Virus record (IMG/VR): IMGVR_UViG_3300028552_000002
Reading direction: 5' to 3' (one strand)
Length of the DNA: 64,000 nt
Origin: an uncultured virus (IMG/VR IMGVR_UViG_3300028552_000002)
Taxonomy: Duplodnaviria; Heunggongvirae; Uroviricota; Caudoviricetes
In this document: positions 37,835 to 48,759 of the stretch, in pieces
Layout of the letters: every line of letters starts with the position of its first letter
Numbering within the stretch: position 1 is the stretch's first letter
Made by a program: the position numbers and the translations under genes
Notes under the pieces: model-generated
Database searches by the model: none
The model's input: only the letters and a program-made list of their open reading frames with translations
Told to the model about the DNA's origin: nothing

Positions 37835-40627
37835 ATGAACTTTCCGCAATTAAGGGTGAGAACTGGATATAGTTTTAAGAAAGCCTATGGAACTATAGAC
37901 AATGTGATAGAACGATTGAAAGAAATAGAATGCAATAACGCAGCAATGGTAGACTTTGAAACATGGGGACATGCGCGTTACGAACAAGCAATGGTCAAGG
38001 CCGGTTTAAATCCTATGTTCGGCATGGAAATCCCTATCAAACATACAATAGGCGATACTGATTATTTCCCACATGCTTGGTGTTTGGCTAGAGATACAAA
38101 ATATTTTTATAATTTCACATCGAAAGCGTTGTCTGGTGTAGAAAAATTTCCGATTGGAACAGAATTTAGAAAAATTTTTCGGTTTCCTGGCGCGGCAATT
38201 AATGCTTTGTCTCCTGACAATTATGATTATGTTGATATTAATCCGTCAAGTTTTCTATTAGCAAAAGACGGTTTACGTATTGCAGAACAATATAAAAAGC
38301 CCATCGTTCTCACGTCATATAATGACTATCCTTCTACGAAACATAAATCCGCTGCTTATGCGTGGGGAGTCGGCGGATCTGTTGCTAACAATACTATTTG
38401 CGGCGTCGATGAATTGTGGGAAAAGCTTAAAATTATTATGCCGGGACCTGTCTTTGATAAAGCGGTAGAGAATACTTGCGCATTAGCGGAGTCGTTAAAA
38501 GGAATAAAACTCTCCAAAGCTCCAATGATTAAAGCGCTTGGGAATCTTCAAGATTTAGTTGATGAAGGGATCAAGAATCGATTGAAGAAAGGACACCTTA
38601 AAAAATGGACAAAAGAATATGAACTTAGAATCGCTGAAGAAATATATCAAATTATGTCTAAAGATTTTGATAGTTATTTTATTGTCGTATCTGATTTGGT
38701 TAGATTTGCAAAAGAACATATGCTGGTGGGCCCTGCCAGAGGATCTAGCGCTGGTAGCCTTGTATGTTATGTCTTGGGTATTACCGAAATCGATCCGTTG
38801 GTACATAATTTACTTTTCCAGCGCTTTATTGATATTAGCCGTGACGATTTACCAGATATCGATATAGATTTTCCAGATGATAAAAGATATATGGTCTTTG
38901 ATTATCTGAAAGAAAAATATGGTTCTGAATGCGTGGCTAAGGTTGGCAGCGTTAACACTCTCAAAGCCTTGTCTGTTATCGCACAAGTCAGCCGTTACTT
39001 TAATCTTACCGATGATGAGAATAGAAACATTAGAAATTCTTTTGTCGATTACGCTGCTAATGATGACCGTGCCGCACACATGTTACGCGACACTTTTTTA
39101 ATGACAGATGAAGGCCGCACATATCAAAAAGAGCATCCCGTCGCTGCACATTGCATGGTCTCTCTTGAAAATCATCCTTCCCATTCAGGGGTACACGCTG
39201 CCGGTATTTTGGTATGTAACGATCCTGTAAGCGATTTTTGTACCGTTTCAGAATTAGGCATTGCTCAAATAGATAAAAAGGATATTGAATATCTTAATCT
39301 GCTAAAAATAGACGCTCTCGGACTCCGAACGTTAGGGATTATTGAAGACTCACATGCGATGACGGCTGACGAACTTTATTCCTTGCCATTAGACGATGAA
39401 AATGTTTTGAATATTCTAAACAACGACCGCGTATTAGGCATATTTCAGTTTGAAGGCGGCGCGGTACGTAACGCCACACGTTCTGTTTATGTAGATAAAT
39501 TTTCAAAAATAGATAACCTAACAGCTTTGGCGCGGCCCGGTCCCCTTTCTTCCGGCATGGCAAATAAATATATCTCTCGGGCGAAAGGTTCGACTAAAGT
39601 TGAATATGATTTTCCTGAACTTGAAAAACATTTGAAAGATACTTACGGCGTCTTACTTTATCAAGAACAAATTATGAACATCGTTCGGGATATCGGCGGA
39701 CTGGATTGGAAAGAAACTTCTGCCGTTCGTAAGGCCATCGCAAAAAGTAAAGGCGATGAAGCTATTAATAAAATGAAGGGACATTTCATTGAAGGCGCTC
39801 TTAAAAAGAATATTCCTCTGGAAAAACTTGAAAAGCTTTGGTCTGAGATTGTTCAATTTGGTGGTTATTGCTTTAATCAAGCTCATAGTTGTTCTTATGC
39901 TGTCGTCACTTATTGGACATGCTATCTAAAATATTATCACCAGTTAGAATTCTCGGCGGCATGTCTTAGAGCGTCAAAAAGTGAAGAACAAACTATCGCT
40001 ATTTTACGTGAACTTGTTCGGGAAGGCGTAGAATATACAGCCATAGATCCTGATTATAGCGAACTAAATTGGGTTGTCGCTGATGGTCGCTTAATTGGCG
40101 GCATCATGAACGCTAAGGGATACGGAAACGTTAAAGCGTTAAAATATATCGAAGCAAGAGCGGAAGGGAAGCTAACAGATAAAATGAAAAAAACTTTATC
40201 TGAAGCAGAAGTACCTTATGCAGATCTTAATGCCGCGCATACAATTTTTGGAGAATATTATAAAAATCCTTCCTTATTAGGATACGATAATATCGATTTC
40301 ATAGAAAATATAGCGGAAATTGAAAAAGGGGCGAACGGTTTTTTTATAGCCAAATTAGTTAAAAAGAAAATATCTGACGAAAACGACGAACAGCGTCTTA
40401 AACGTCGCGGCGGAGTCCGAAAAAACGGCAATACAAAATTCATGGATTTGGAATTCATCGACGATACGACAGATGCCCCGTTTAAGTTTAGAATTAAAGC
40501 CGCTGATTATCCTACTCTACAAGTAATCGCTGACGAAGCAACGAAAGGACAGTGGTTTTTGATTAGCGGATGGCGGATGCCTAATTTTGACATGATCTTT
40601 ATTAATAATATGGTTAAACTTAAGTGA
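37835..40627 (+). CDS. dnaE: DNA polymerase III alpha subunit (family C)
   Basis: GPARGSSAGSLVCY, LLFQRFI, PDIDIDF, GVHAAGI, LLKIDALGL, YQEQIM and FNQAHS motifs. Confidence 0.95.
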   Translation: MNFPQLRVRTGYSFKKAYGTIDNVIERLKEIECNNAAMVDFETWGHARYEQAMVKAGLNPMFGMEIPIKHTIGDTDYFPHAWCLARDTKYFYNFTSKALSGVEKFPIGTEFRKIFRFPGAAINALSPDNYDYVDINPSSFLLAKDGLRIAEQYKKPIVLTSYNDYPSTKHKSAAYAWGVGGSVANNTICGVDELWEKLKIIMPGPVFDKAVENTCALAESLKGIKLSKAPMIKALGNLQDLVDEGIKNRLKKGHLKKWTKEYELRIAEEIYQIMSKDFDSYFIVVSDLVRFAKEHMLVGPARGSSAGSLVCYVLGITEIDPLVHNLLFQRFIDISRDDLPDIDIDFPDDKRYMVFDYLKEKYGSECVAKVGSVNTLKALSVIAQVSRYFNLTDDENRNIRNSFVDYAANDDRAAHMLRDTFLMTDEGRTYQKEHPVAAHCMVSLENHPSHSGVHAAGILVCNDPVSDFCTVSELGIAQIDKKDIEYLNLLKIDALGLRTLGIIEDSHAMTADELYSLPLDDENVLNILNNDRVLGIFQFEGGAVRNATRSVYVDKFSKIDNLTALARPGPLSSGMANKYISRAKGSTKVEYDFPELEKHLKDTYGVLLYQEQIMNIVRDIGGLDWKETSAVRKAIAKSKGDEAINKMKGHFIEGALKKNIPLEKLEKLWSEIVQFGGYCFNQAHSCSYAVVTYWTCYLKYYHQLEFSAACLRASKSEEQTIAILRELVREGVEYTAIDPDYSELNWVVADGRLIGGIMNAKGYGNVKALKYIEARAEGKLTDKMKKTLSEAEVPYADLNAAHTIFGEYYKNPSLLGYDNIDFIENIAEIEKGANGFFIAKLVKKKISDENDEQRLKRRGGVRKNGNTKFMDLEFIDDTTDAPFKFRIKAADYPTLQVIADEATKGQWFLISGWRMPNFDMIFINNMVKLK

Positions 40628-40634
40628 GATTGTA

Positions 40635-41039
40635 ATGGAATTGAGAGAAAAGAACGCATGGAAAGCTTTTAATGGACATGCCGAAGGGAAACTACAACTC
40701 AATCGCGTTGAGAATACAATCGGTGATGGAATGCCAGACGTAATTGGGACTAATTGTCATGGCGTAGGATTTTGGCTTGAGCTTAAAGACCTTACAGATT
40801 GGCCTGCAAGGGAGACCAGTTGCCCGATGAAGGGAAAGTTTAGGCCAGGACAAATTCCTTTTTTGCTGACATGGAAATCATGGGGATTTAATTGTTATGC
40901 TTTGGTGCGGATCAAAAAGATTTTCTATTTAGTGAATCCATCTTCTGATATAGAAAGTATTCCGAAATCTCTTTTTAATTTGCACATAATAAAAACAGGG
41001 TATAAAGATATCATCGAATATCTTGGGGAATTAAAATGA
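40635..41039 (+). CDS. PD-(D/E)XK nuclease (VRR-NUC / resolvase-like)
   Basis: RVEN...GMPDV...FWLELK...RPGQ. Confidence 0.8.
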   Translation: MELREKNAWKAFNGHAEGKLQLNRVENTIGDGMPDVIGTNCHGVGFWLELKDLTDWPARETSCPMKGKFRPGQIPFLLTWKSWGFNCYALVRIKKIFYLVNPSSDIESIPKSLFNLHIIKTGYKDIIEYLGELK

Positions 41040-42523
41040 AATTTAAGCCGATGGATCATCAAGAAAAGGCGCTGGAAAAAAGTAAAGGGAAAAGAAATTT
41101 TGCTTTTATTATGGAACAAGGAACAGGAAAGACATACGTTGCTCTTGCCGATGCAGAACGACTTTTTAATGCTAGATTAATAAATGCCGTTCTTGTTGTC
41201 GCTCCGAACAACGTACATAGTAATTGGGTTCGTAGAGAAATTCCTAAACATATGGACCTCTTCACGATTTCACATTATTGGTCAACTAAGGTCGAGACGT
41301 TACGCGAGAAAAAATGTTTGGAAACTTTGTTTGCAGATCATTATCCTGCCGATAAACAACCTTTAAGGATCTTCGCTATTAATATTGATGCGATTAACGC
41401 CAAAAGAGGTTATGAGGCGGCAGAAAGATTCCTTAAAGCCTTCAAAGTTTTAATTGTGTGCGACGAATCGACCCGCATTAAAAATCCTAGAGCCAAACGC
41501 ACAAAAAAAGCAATAAAACTTTCTCGCCTAGCAACGGCGCGGCGAATTCTTAACGGTACTCCAATCACTAAAGCGCCGACTGATTTGTTTTCACAATTTC
41601 AATTTTTAGATGATGAGCTGTTAGGGACATCTTCTTATCGTGCTTTCGTGTCAGAATTTACGGTTTTACTGAAAGATGACGACCCAAAAATGGTAGCAAT
41701 TAAAAAGAAGATAACCAATTCTCCAGTCCTACCGCAGATTGCTCAGAGGGATGAATTCGATAGACCTATGTATAGAAATTTAGACAAGTTAAAAAAATTA
41801 CTTGAACCGCATATTTATAGAGTTACGAAAGAGGATTGTTTAGACTTGCCGCCAAAAATTTATCAGGTCGTAGAATTCGATCTTGCCGTTGAACAGCAAA
41901 AAATTTACGATAGAGTTTTAAAAGAAAATCTTTATTTATTTAAAGATGGTGACATTTTACGCGAAATAGGATTCGAAGGTATAGGCGTTCGCGCTAAGCT
42001 TAAGCAAATAACGTCAGGATTCATCAATATTTATGGCGAACCTGTTCTAATGCCTGTCGAAGATAATCCGCGCATGGCTCTGTTTAAAGATTATCTTGAA
42101 GATCTTGCTATAAACGAAACGCCATTTCTTGTTTGGGCCATGTTTAAAGAAGAAATTAGGCAGATCATGGCCGCGCTTGAAGAGTATGGCATTACTTGTG
42201 CTTCATATTATGGCGAGACAAGACAAATAGATAGAGAAAATGCCCAAGACGATTTTCAAGCGGGACGAATTCAGGCAGTCGTGTGTCATGCAGCGGCAGC
42301 GGGGATCGGAATAGAATTTACTCGGGCAGAAATGGCGATTTATTACAGTTGTTCGGATGATAATGGATTACGTTTGCAATCTGAAGATCGCAATCACCGC
42401 ATAGGGACCATAAAGTCTGTTCTATACATCGATTTGATCGCAAAAGATACTCTAGATCAAACAATTTATGATAATCGTGCCTACAAAAACGCTATAGCGA
42501 AAACTGTTTTAGATGATGACTGA
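41036..42523 (+). CDS. SNF2-family helicase
   Basis: MEQGTGKT, DEST, LNGTP and QSEDRNHRIG motifs. Confidence 0.92.
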   Translation: MKFKPMDHQEKALEKSKGKRNFAFIMEQGTGKTYVALADAERLFNARLINAVLVVAPNNVHSNWVRREIPKHMDLFTISHYWSTKVETLREKKCLETLFADHYPADKQPLRIFAINIDAINAKRGYEAAERFLKAFKVLIVCDESTRIKNPRAKRTKKAIKLSRLATARRILNGTPITKAPTDLFSQFQFLDDELLGTSSYRAFVSEFTVLLKDDDPKMVAIKKKITNSPVLPQIAQRDEFDRPMYRNLDKLKKLLEPHIYRVTKEDCLDLPPKIYQVVEFDLAVEQQKIYDRVLKENLYLFKDGDILREIGFEGIGVRAKLKQITSGFINIYGEPVLMPVEDNPRMALFKDYLEDLAINETPFLVWAMFKEEIRQIMAALEEYGITCASYYGETRQIDRENAQDDFQAGRIQAVVCHAAAAGIGIEFTRAEMAIYYSCSDDNGLRLQSEDRNHRIGTIKSVLYIDLIAKDTLDQTIYDNRAYKNAIAKTVLDDD

Positions 42524-42572
42524 ATGAACAACTTGTGATAATATAATCTCTCACAATTAGGAAGGACTGTTT

Positions 42573-43298
42573 ATGACCGGTAATGATAAAACGACGACTC
42601 AAGATCCTGGCGAGGAAGGTCTTGATTTTATGTCTGGAGACGTTGAAAAAGCTCCTCCGTCTGAGAATACTCTCGAAAGATTGTCTGCATTGGCCGAAAT
42701 TGCACAAAATTTGACCGACGAAATAAATCAAGATTCACAAGAAACGGATAAAAAATCAAAAGAATTGGCAAATATTGTTCGAGTTCTGATCCCAAACATC
42801 ATGGATTCTTTGGAAATGAAAGATTATACCATGATGAATGGTGTCAAAATTTCTGTAGAAAATAAAGTTCAAGCTTCTATAAGCAAGAAAAATCAGGACG
42901 CCGCTTTTGCGTGGCTTAAACGCTATCGCTTGGATGGCATCATTAAAACAGTTATTGTTTCTGAATTTGGAAAAGAAAAATACGACGACGCTAAAAAAGC
43001 ATTCGCTCTTTTGAAAGAGCAAGGCGTCGATGCTGAGCTGATCAGTTCTATTCACGCCGGTACATTGAAATCCTTTGTTAAGGAGCGTCTAGCTGCCGAA
43101 GAAGAATTAAAAGAAACAGTCCGCGTTCCTACTCGCGAGACTATTGTTACTACGCGTGAGGAAGAATGGAAAGATTTAGTTTTTGACGATACTAATAGTA
43201 TCGAAATGAATCTAGAAACCATCCCACCGATCCCGCAAGATATTTTCGGCGTATTTGTTTTTAAAGAAGCAAAAATCGTCGTTCCTAAATCTAAATAA
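42573..43298 (+). CDS. conserved replication-module protein
   Basis: AFAWL...GIIK and SIHAGTLKSFVKE motifs; RBS AAGGA. Confidence 0.7.
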   Translation: MTGNDKTTTQDPGEEGLDFMSGDVEKAPPSENTLERLSALAEIAQNLTDEINQDSQETDKKSKELANIVRVLIPNIMDSLEMKDYTMMNGVKISVENKVQASISKKNQDAAFAWLKRYRLDGIIKTVIVSEFGKEKYDDAKKAFALLKEQGVDAELISSIHAGTLKSFVKERLAAEEELKETVRVPTRETIVTTREEEWKDLVFDDTNSIEMNLETIPPIPQDIFGVFVFKEAKIVVPKSK

Positions 43299-43322
43299 TC
43301 CATCATTCAAAAGAGAAAAAAT

Positions 43323-44237
43323 ATGTCAAAAGAAATTGCCGTAGACAATAAAGAATCTTCTGAAGTTTCCGAAGTGAAAATCACTCTTCCGGCTGTAGCG
43401 GAAGAAATGTTGTTCAGTGAAGAAGATTCCGGTGCAGGATTTGAAGGAACGAGTGTCGAATCATTTGCAATTCCTTTCATTCAGATCCTTCAGAAAGGTA
43501 CTCCGATGGTAGACGAAGACAATCCGCATTACGTGGAAGGGGCAAAAGCCGGGCATCTTTTCAACAGTGTCACGCGTCAAATTTACAACGGCAAAGAAGG
43601 TATCGATATTATTCCGTGCGCCTTTCAACGCACCTTTATTCGTTGGGGCGGCAGGGATTCGGCCAATCCTGGATTCAAGGGCGTTTTGCAGGTAGAAGAA
43701 ATCGACCGCCTGAAACATGATCCGGCCCAGATTAAAGAAGTCGAGGGCCGCCTTTATGTCCCGAATGCTGACGGCACCGTTGATACAAAGAAAAACGATT
43801 ATTACGCCGACACACGTAGCCATTTTGTATTGATTATCGATCCGGAAAGTGGCGACTTTAGCCGCGCCTTGTTCCCGCTGACTTCGTCTCAGGTTAAAGC
43901 ATCGAAAACATTGCTAACGTTGCTCCATGAAAAAATCATCAAACGTACAGATGGCAAACGTATCAACCCGCCAACATTCGCCAATTTGGTTCACGTTAAT
44001 ACGAAACCGCTGACGGATAACAAGGGTAATTCATGGTCAGGCGTTGAATTTACTCCGACGCGTATTCTTGGCATTGAAGATCGTGACCTATATGAAGCGG
44101 CAAAACAATTCAATCGCGATGTAGTAAGCGATGCGGTCCCGGTTGATTATGCTAAAGCAGATTATAACAATGGTGGGGCCGATGATACTGAAGGGGGCGA
44201 AAGTTTCAGTAAGCCTAAAGAAGCGAAAACGTTTTAA
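43323..44237 (+). CDS. putative single-stranded DNA-binding/annealing protein
   Basis: AIPFIQILQ...P motif, acidic tail ending in Phe, replication context. Confidence 0.55.
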   Translation: MSKEIAVDNKESSEVSEVKITLPAVAEEMLFSEEDSGAGFEGTSVESFAIPFIQILQKGTPMVDEDNPHYVEGAKAGHLFNSVTRQIYNGKEGIDIIPCAFQRTFIRWGGRDSANPGFKGVLQVEEIDRLKHDPAQIKEVEGRLYVPNADGTVDTKKNDYYADTRSHFVLIIDPESGDFSRALFPLTSSQVKASKTLLTLLHEKIIKRTDGKRINPPTFANLVHVNTKPLTDNKGNSWSGVEFTPTRILGIEDRDLYEAAKQFNRDVVSDAVPVDYAKADYNNGGADDTEGGESFSKPKEAKTF

Positions 44238-44248
44238 TTAATTATAGT

Positions 44249-44275
44249 CGCGGCTGTCATGGCCGCGCTTTTATT
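44249..44275 (+). terminator. putative intrinsic terminator
   Basis: CGCGGC-tgtcatg-GCCGCG followed by CTTTTATT. Confidence 0.55.
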
Positions 44276-44392
44276 ACGGTGAATAAAGTGAAAAGAATCA
44301 AAGGTGTATAACGGTTTGACAATCGCAATATTCACAATGTTCTTAATCATAATATTATTTTTCATGTTCTCATTTAACTTAGGATTATAATT

Positions 44393-44779
44393 ATGTCTAG
44401 TGTATATGTCACTTGTTGCACTCCTAAATCCAAACCAGTTCTTACCGCCAATATGTTTACAGAATATTGGCGCTCTCCCGATGATGGTTGGCACGATGAA
44501 CCCGATATCGGTTATTCATTCGACGCCGGGCATCATGGTGTCATTACTGTATTAAACAGAATGACCGGTTTCGGCTATCGAGACGTTGAAACCGGTTTTC
44601 GAGATAGTTATGCAATGAACGCTAGAGGTAAAATGAATTATGGCAAAAACTTCTGGCTCGCCTCCGGCATGTTCGATATACGAGAAGGAATAAAACTTTA
44701 TCGGGATGAAATGCCTTGGGATGTTGCCGTAGCGTTGATAAAAGAAAACGCAAATAATTGCGTAGGAGAAGAAGAATGA
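44393..44779 (+). CDS. hypothetical protein
   Basis: RBS AGGA; 128 aa. Confidence 0.65.
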   Translation: MSSVYVTCCTPKSKPVLTANMFTEYWRSPDDGWHDEPDIGYSFDAGHHGVITVLNRMTGFGYRDVETGFRDSYAMNARGKMNYGKNFWLASGMFDIREGIKLYRDEMPWDVAVALIKENANNCVGEEE

Positions 44780-45153
44780 TAACGAGATTTATTAAAAATA
44801 TTTTATCCGACTTGCTAATGTTAGCTTTAATTTGGTATGGGATCATAATGCCACATCAATATTTAGATAATATAGCAACATATTTCTTTTGGCTCATGTC
44901 TATATTGGGGATATTTTTCACGATATTAAATAATGATAAAAAAGACAAAATTAAAATAGTTAGGAGAAAAACGTTTATAAAAAGAACGAGTTTGCAAATC
45001 AATTATCAATTTGTTATAACAGTTGTTGAGTTTTGCGCGTTCGCATCGGTTGGAAGATTTTGGCTTGCGACGATCTGGTTTATATCCAACATTTTAATGA
45101 TAGGGTTTCAGGGCGAATTAGAAGAAATGTACGACAGGGAGTTTCTAAGATGA
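44776..45153 (+). CDS. membrane protein (3-4 TM)
   Basis: ATGA overlap; several hydrophobic segments. Confidence 0.6.
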   Translation: MITRFIKNILSDLLMLALIWYGIIMPHQYLDNIATYFFWLMSILGIFFTILNNDKKDKIKIVRRKTFIKRTSLQINYQFVITVVEFCAFASVGRFWLATIWFISNILMIGFQGELEEMYDREFLR

Positions 45154-45317
45154 ACAAGATAATCGTTATCGTGTTATGTATTTCCTTCGTTTATAGCTTT
45201 TTTGGTTGTATTTATTTATCGATTAAACAGGAAAAAAGAGCGATTAGAGATCAGGCGTTTTTATGGTCACTGGTATACGCTTTATGTTCTTTCTATACTA
45301 TTATTCATTGGTGGTAA
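45150..45317 (+). CDS. small membrane protein (2 TM)
   Basis: ATGA overlap; two hydrophobic segments. Confidence 0.55.
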   Translation: MNKIIVIVLCISFVYSFFGCIYLSIKQEKRAIRDQAFLWSLVYALCSFYTIIHWW

Positions 45318-45323
45318 TTTAAT

Positions 45324-45878
45324 ATGGATTACGAAGAAAGCACTTCTACAACGCTTACTATTTATAAAGATTCATGGGGAACGCCGAAACCAGTTTATGA
45401 TTATTGGAATAAAAAATACAACTTCGTAGCGGATGTCGCGGCGTCAAAAGAAAACGCTCTTAATAAGAATTATTTTACTAAAGAACAAAATGCTTTAATT
45501 ATGCCGTGGCATATTTTCCGAACTAATCCTTATTATTATGTTTGGTGTAATCCTCCTTATTCTGATGTAACGCCATGGATAAGAAAGGCAACGCATGCGC
45601 AACGTTTAGGCGTTGGCACGGTAATGCTTTTACCTAATCAAACATCAACGGCATGGTTTAAGGAAGGACTCGCTTCGTGTGATGAATTTTTTATCGTTAC
45701 GAAAGGGCGACTTTCATTTATCGATGCATATACCGGCAAGCCTGACGGAACGCCGCGCCTAGGATCTGTATTTTTTATTTGGAATACGGAGGCGACGCAT
45801 AAATTAAAAGTAAAAACGATAGACAGAGATACCTTAATGAATGGCGATCAGATCATAAATTTACCTAAATCTTCTTGA
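45324..45878 (+). CDS. phage Dam-type DNA amino-methyltransferase (probably N6-adenine)
   Basis: WGTP, DVAAS, WCNPPYS, TSTAWF and GRLSF motifs. Confidence 0.9.
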   Translation: MDYEESTSTTLTIYKDSWGTPKPVYDYWNKKYNFVADVAASKENALNKNYFTKEQNALIMPWHIFRTNPYYYVWCNPPYSDVTPWIRKATHAQRLGVGTVMLLPNQTSTAWFKEGLASCDEFFIVTKGRLSFIDAYTGKPDGTPRLGSVFFIWNTEATHKLKVKTIDRDTLMNGDQIINLPKSS

Positions 45879-46008
45879 CATTGGAGAAAAAAGTCTTTAG
45901 ATAAAAGACGGTATATTTATCCTTGGAAAGGTGGAATAATAGAAAACAGGCATTTCGTTGAATATGCTCACTTTGTCCGACTTAGGGTTTTATAAAGGAC
46001 GTAACACC

Positions 46009-46473
46009 ATGAATTCTAAAGAATTATTTCTTAACATTTATCAAATTAAAGCAGATCCATCCCTTAAGTTTATTTTTCAGCTTCGCAATCTTAATCATTA
46101 TGACCGGGAAGTCTCTGTACATGTAGCGCGTAATTCAGGGAAACATATCAGTCATATAACAATGGAGTTCCCGGGGACAAAAGCCGTTTATCTTTGTGTT
46201 CTCACCTTTAATACTCCTAATGATCTGGGAATTGGCCTTTTTGATTTCGCCATGCTCCACGACAAAACAACCTTACCGCAAAAAGCCCTCGTTTTACTTT
46301 CTTGCTTAAATTATCTCGTTGATAATAAATTTTTAATTGCCGATTTTGATTATTTCAAAGAAAAAATTGCTATGGATTTGAAAGACTATGATCGGGCTAT
46401 TTTCGAACAGTACGAAAGAGTTTGCTCTGTCACCACAAAATTTCTTGATGAAATAAATAACCCTCTCGATTAA
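46009..46473 (+). CDS. hypothetical protein
   Basis: AAGGA RBS before ATG 46009. Confidence 0.6.
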   Translation: MNSKELFLNIYQIKADPSLKFIFQLRNLNHYDREVSVHVARNSGKHISHITMEFPGTKAVYLCVLTFNTPNDLGIGLFDFAMLHDKTTLPQKALVLLSCLNYLVDNKFLIADFDYFKEKIAMDLKDYDRAIFEQYERVCSVTTKFLDEINNPLD

Positions 46474-46495
46474 ATATTTCGGGAGATAATTTAAA

Positions 46496-48244
46496 ATGAC
46501 TAAGAAGGATAATGAAGATGGACCAATTAATATCGACAGCATTTATAACGGCATCGGGAGTATTCTTAGTGCAGACGATGATTCACGGAATGATTTCTCA
46601 CTCTCGGAGGAAAACGTTACATCCGAAAGTCAAATATCTATTGACGCAGAATCGGAGGCCCGCGCAAGAAAAAGTAGAGTATTAAAACAAAACGAGGAAA
46701 TGGAGCAAGAGCGAAAAAAAGTTTATAACGAAAAAAATATTGTTGCTAGAGCTAAACTTTTATCGTTGCTTGGGACTAACGCGATTAAGTATATTCACTA
46801 TATTAAGCCGCGCCAACAAAAAGATCGCCCTATTGAAATTTCAGTGCGACCTAATCCTGCAAGCGAATTGAATTTGATGGCCGCATTTGATGCGCTATAT
46901 GATTTCGGATCTGGCATTGTTCCGTTTCCACACATGGACACGTTTGGTCAAAGGCTTGTGGATGAATATGACGAACCTCTTTCCAATAAGAATATACGTA
47001 TCCGTGAATTAATGATGGCGCTGAATATTTGCGGCATGGATAATCCGCGTTCTATTAACGTTTTATCCGCACTAAAAACATGGGCTATTGACCATGAGTC
47101 GGATTTTTTGCAGGAGCATTTCGAAAAGACGATTCCCAAATGGGATGGTATTAGTCGATTAGAAAGCGAAATGATAAAACTTTTTAAGTGTTTTAATACC
47201 GATCTTAATCGTGAATTCGGTCGTTATTTTTGGCTTTCATTATATAATAGGATCATGAAACCAGGGTGTTTAGCTCCCCTTTCATTAGCATTGATTGGTG
47301 CGCAAAATTCCGGTAAATCTTATTTTTGCGTTCAAATCTGTAAGTATTTGATGGGTGGGGATAGATATAAGCCTGTACAGCTAGATTTAAGCGTGAATAA
47401 TTATAATAATTTTTTACGCGATATAACTGGCGCGTCGATTATAGCTAACGTCGGCGAAAAAATTGGTTTAAAACGAAGCGAAATGGACCGTGTGAAAGAA
47501 TTCGTAGCTAAAGGCGCAGACGATCTTAATTTTAAATGGGAAGGATCAATACAAAAACAACGCCAATGGATTATTGTTATGGACGGCAATAGTTACGAAG
47601 GGATACAGCGCGACGAAACCGGCAACCGCAGATTCTATCCGATGTTTGTAGGGCAGGAGTCTGATAAAGAAGGACAACCATCATGGCAACAGGATTACAA
47701 GGCTGATTTTAAGAATTTTGAGAATAGTTTGTGGCAAATTATGGCAGAGTGCCGCGCCTGGATGAAAGAAAATGATTTTTCCGGCTATATAAAAGTCGTT
47801 GATGCTGTAAGCGAACACGTTCTTAAGTTCTCAGCGAAAGAACAAAAAGAACTTCGCGGCACAATACGTGACAGCTTTATAGAAAATAATTTGCAAGAAA
47901 TTTTGTTAGGCTGTAAATGGAAAAATATTACGAAAGGTGGGAAAGTACAGGGCTGGTTTACTTCTACCTTTGAAATTTGCCAACAGTTTTTGAATAAAAA
48001 GAAAAAAGAACCTTATTATAAAGGATTAAAAATGTATATGGAGAAATTAGGGTTCGAACAAAAACAAATCGCTTATCGAGGATATTTTTTAGAGTCTGAT
48101 ATAGACGAAAGAGATTTCAAACTTTTTCTTTTAAGAAATGGCATTTCTACTGATAAGTTTGATATGGATGAATTGCTGCAATTTGAAGCAGAATGCGACG
48201 TTTTGATAGGGTCTGACCAAAGATTTACTAAGGGATCTTTTTAA
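46496..48244 (+). CDS. VirE/VapE-like replicative helicase
   Basis: PKWDG, Walker A GAQNSGKS and DETGNRRFYP motifs. Confidence 0.85.
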   Translation: MTKKDNEDGPINIDSIYNGIGSILSADDDSRNDFSLSEENVTSESQISIDAESEARARKSRVLKQNEEMEQERKKVYNEKNIVARAKLLSLLGTNAIKYIHYIKPRQQKDRPIEISVRPNPASELNLMAAFDALYDFGSGIVPFPHMDTFGQRLVDEYDEPLSNKNIRIRELMMALNICGMDNPRSINVLSALKTWAIDHESDFLQEHFEKTIPKWDGISRLESEMIKLFKCFNTDLNREFGRYFWLSLYNRIMKPGCLAPLSLALIGAQNSGKSYFCVQICKYLMGGDRYKPVQLDLSVNNYNNFLRDITGASIIANVGEKIGLKRSEMDRVKEFVAKGADDLNFKWEGSIQKQRQWIIVMDGNSYEGIQRDETGNRRFYPMFVGQESDKEGQPSWQQDYKADFKNFENSLWQIMAECRAWMKENDFSGYIKVVDAVSEHVLKFSAKEQKELRGTIRDSFIENNLQEILLGCKWKNITKGGKVQGWFTSTFEICQQFLNKKKKEPYYKGLKMYMEKLGFEQKQIAYRGYFLESDIDERDFKLFLLRNGISTDKFDMDELLQFEAECDVLIGSDQRFTKGSF

Positions 48245-48279
48245 GAGAGGTTTGGTATGTTGAGCTAAAGGAAATTGTA

Positions 48280-48699
48280 ATGAAATTTTTTAAAATTATT
48301 TGGAACAGATTTCTTAATCTATTGTTTGAGAATATTCAATCTAACACAAAGGTAAATACTATGAGCGATCTTAACGTTTTGAACGACAATGTTATCCCGA
48401 ATCAGGCGCCTATTCTTCCTTCACTGTCCGATGGCGCATCCCAAATTGGGTCAGGTGTTGCCGCTCCTGGATCTGCTACTGTTATTGGTGGCCCTGGCGC
48501 TAATGTATTGACAGCAAGTGTAGGCACTTCCCCGGCACAAGCCGCAGCCATCGTAGCAGCACAAGCGCCTGCACAGTCCGCAGTTCCTCGCACGCTTCAG
48601 AATAAAATATCATTGTACAAAAAATTCAAGGAAGTCTTAGGGACAGACTTTGACGACGTAGAAGACGATTTTATTAAAATACTTGATAAACTCGTCTAA
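48280..48699 (+). CDS. hypothetical Ala/Pro-rich protein
   Basis: Open frame; alternative start at 48361 with AAGG RBS. Confidence 0.55.
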   Translation: MKFFKIIWNRFLNLLFENIQSNTKVNTMSDLNVLNDNVIPNQAPILPSLSDGASQIGSGVAAPGSATVIGGPGANVLTASVGTSPAQAAAIVAAQAPAQSAVPRTLQNKISLYKKFKEVLGTDFDDVEDDFIKILDKLV

Positions 48700-48759
48700 T
48701 TGTTGCAAATAAAGGCTCATGGACGGGCCTCTATTTGCAGTTAATGAGAGGTTTATATT

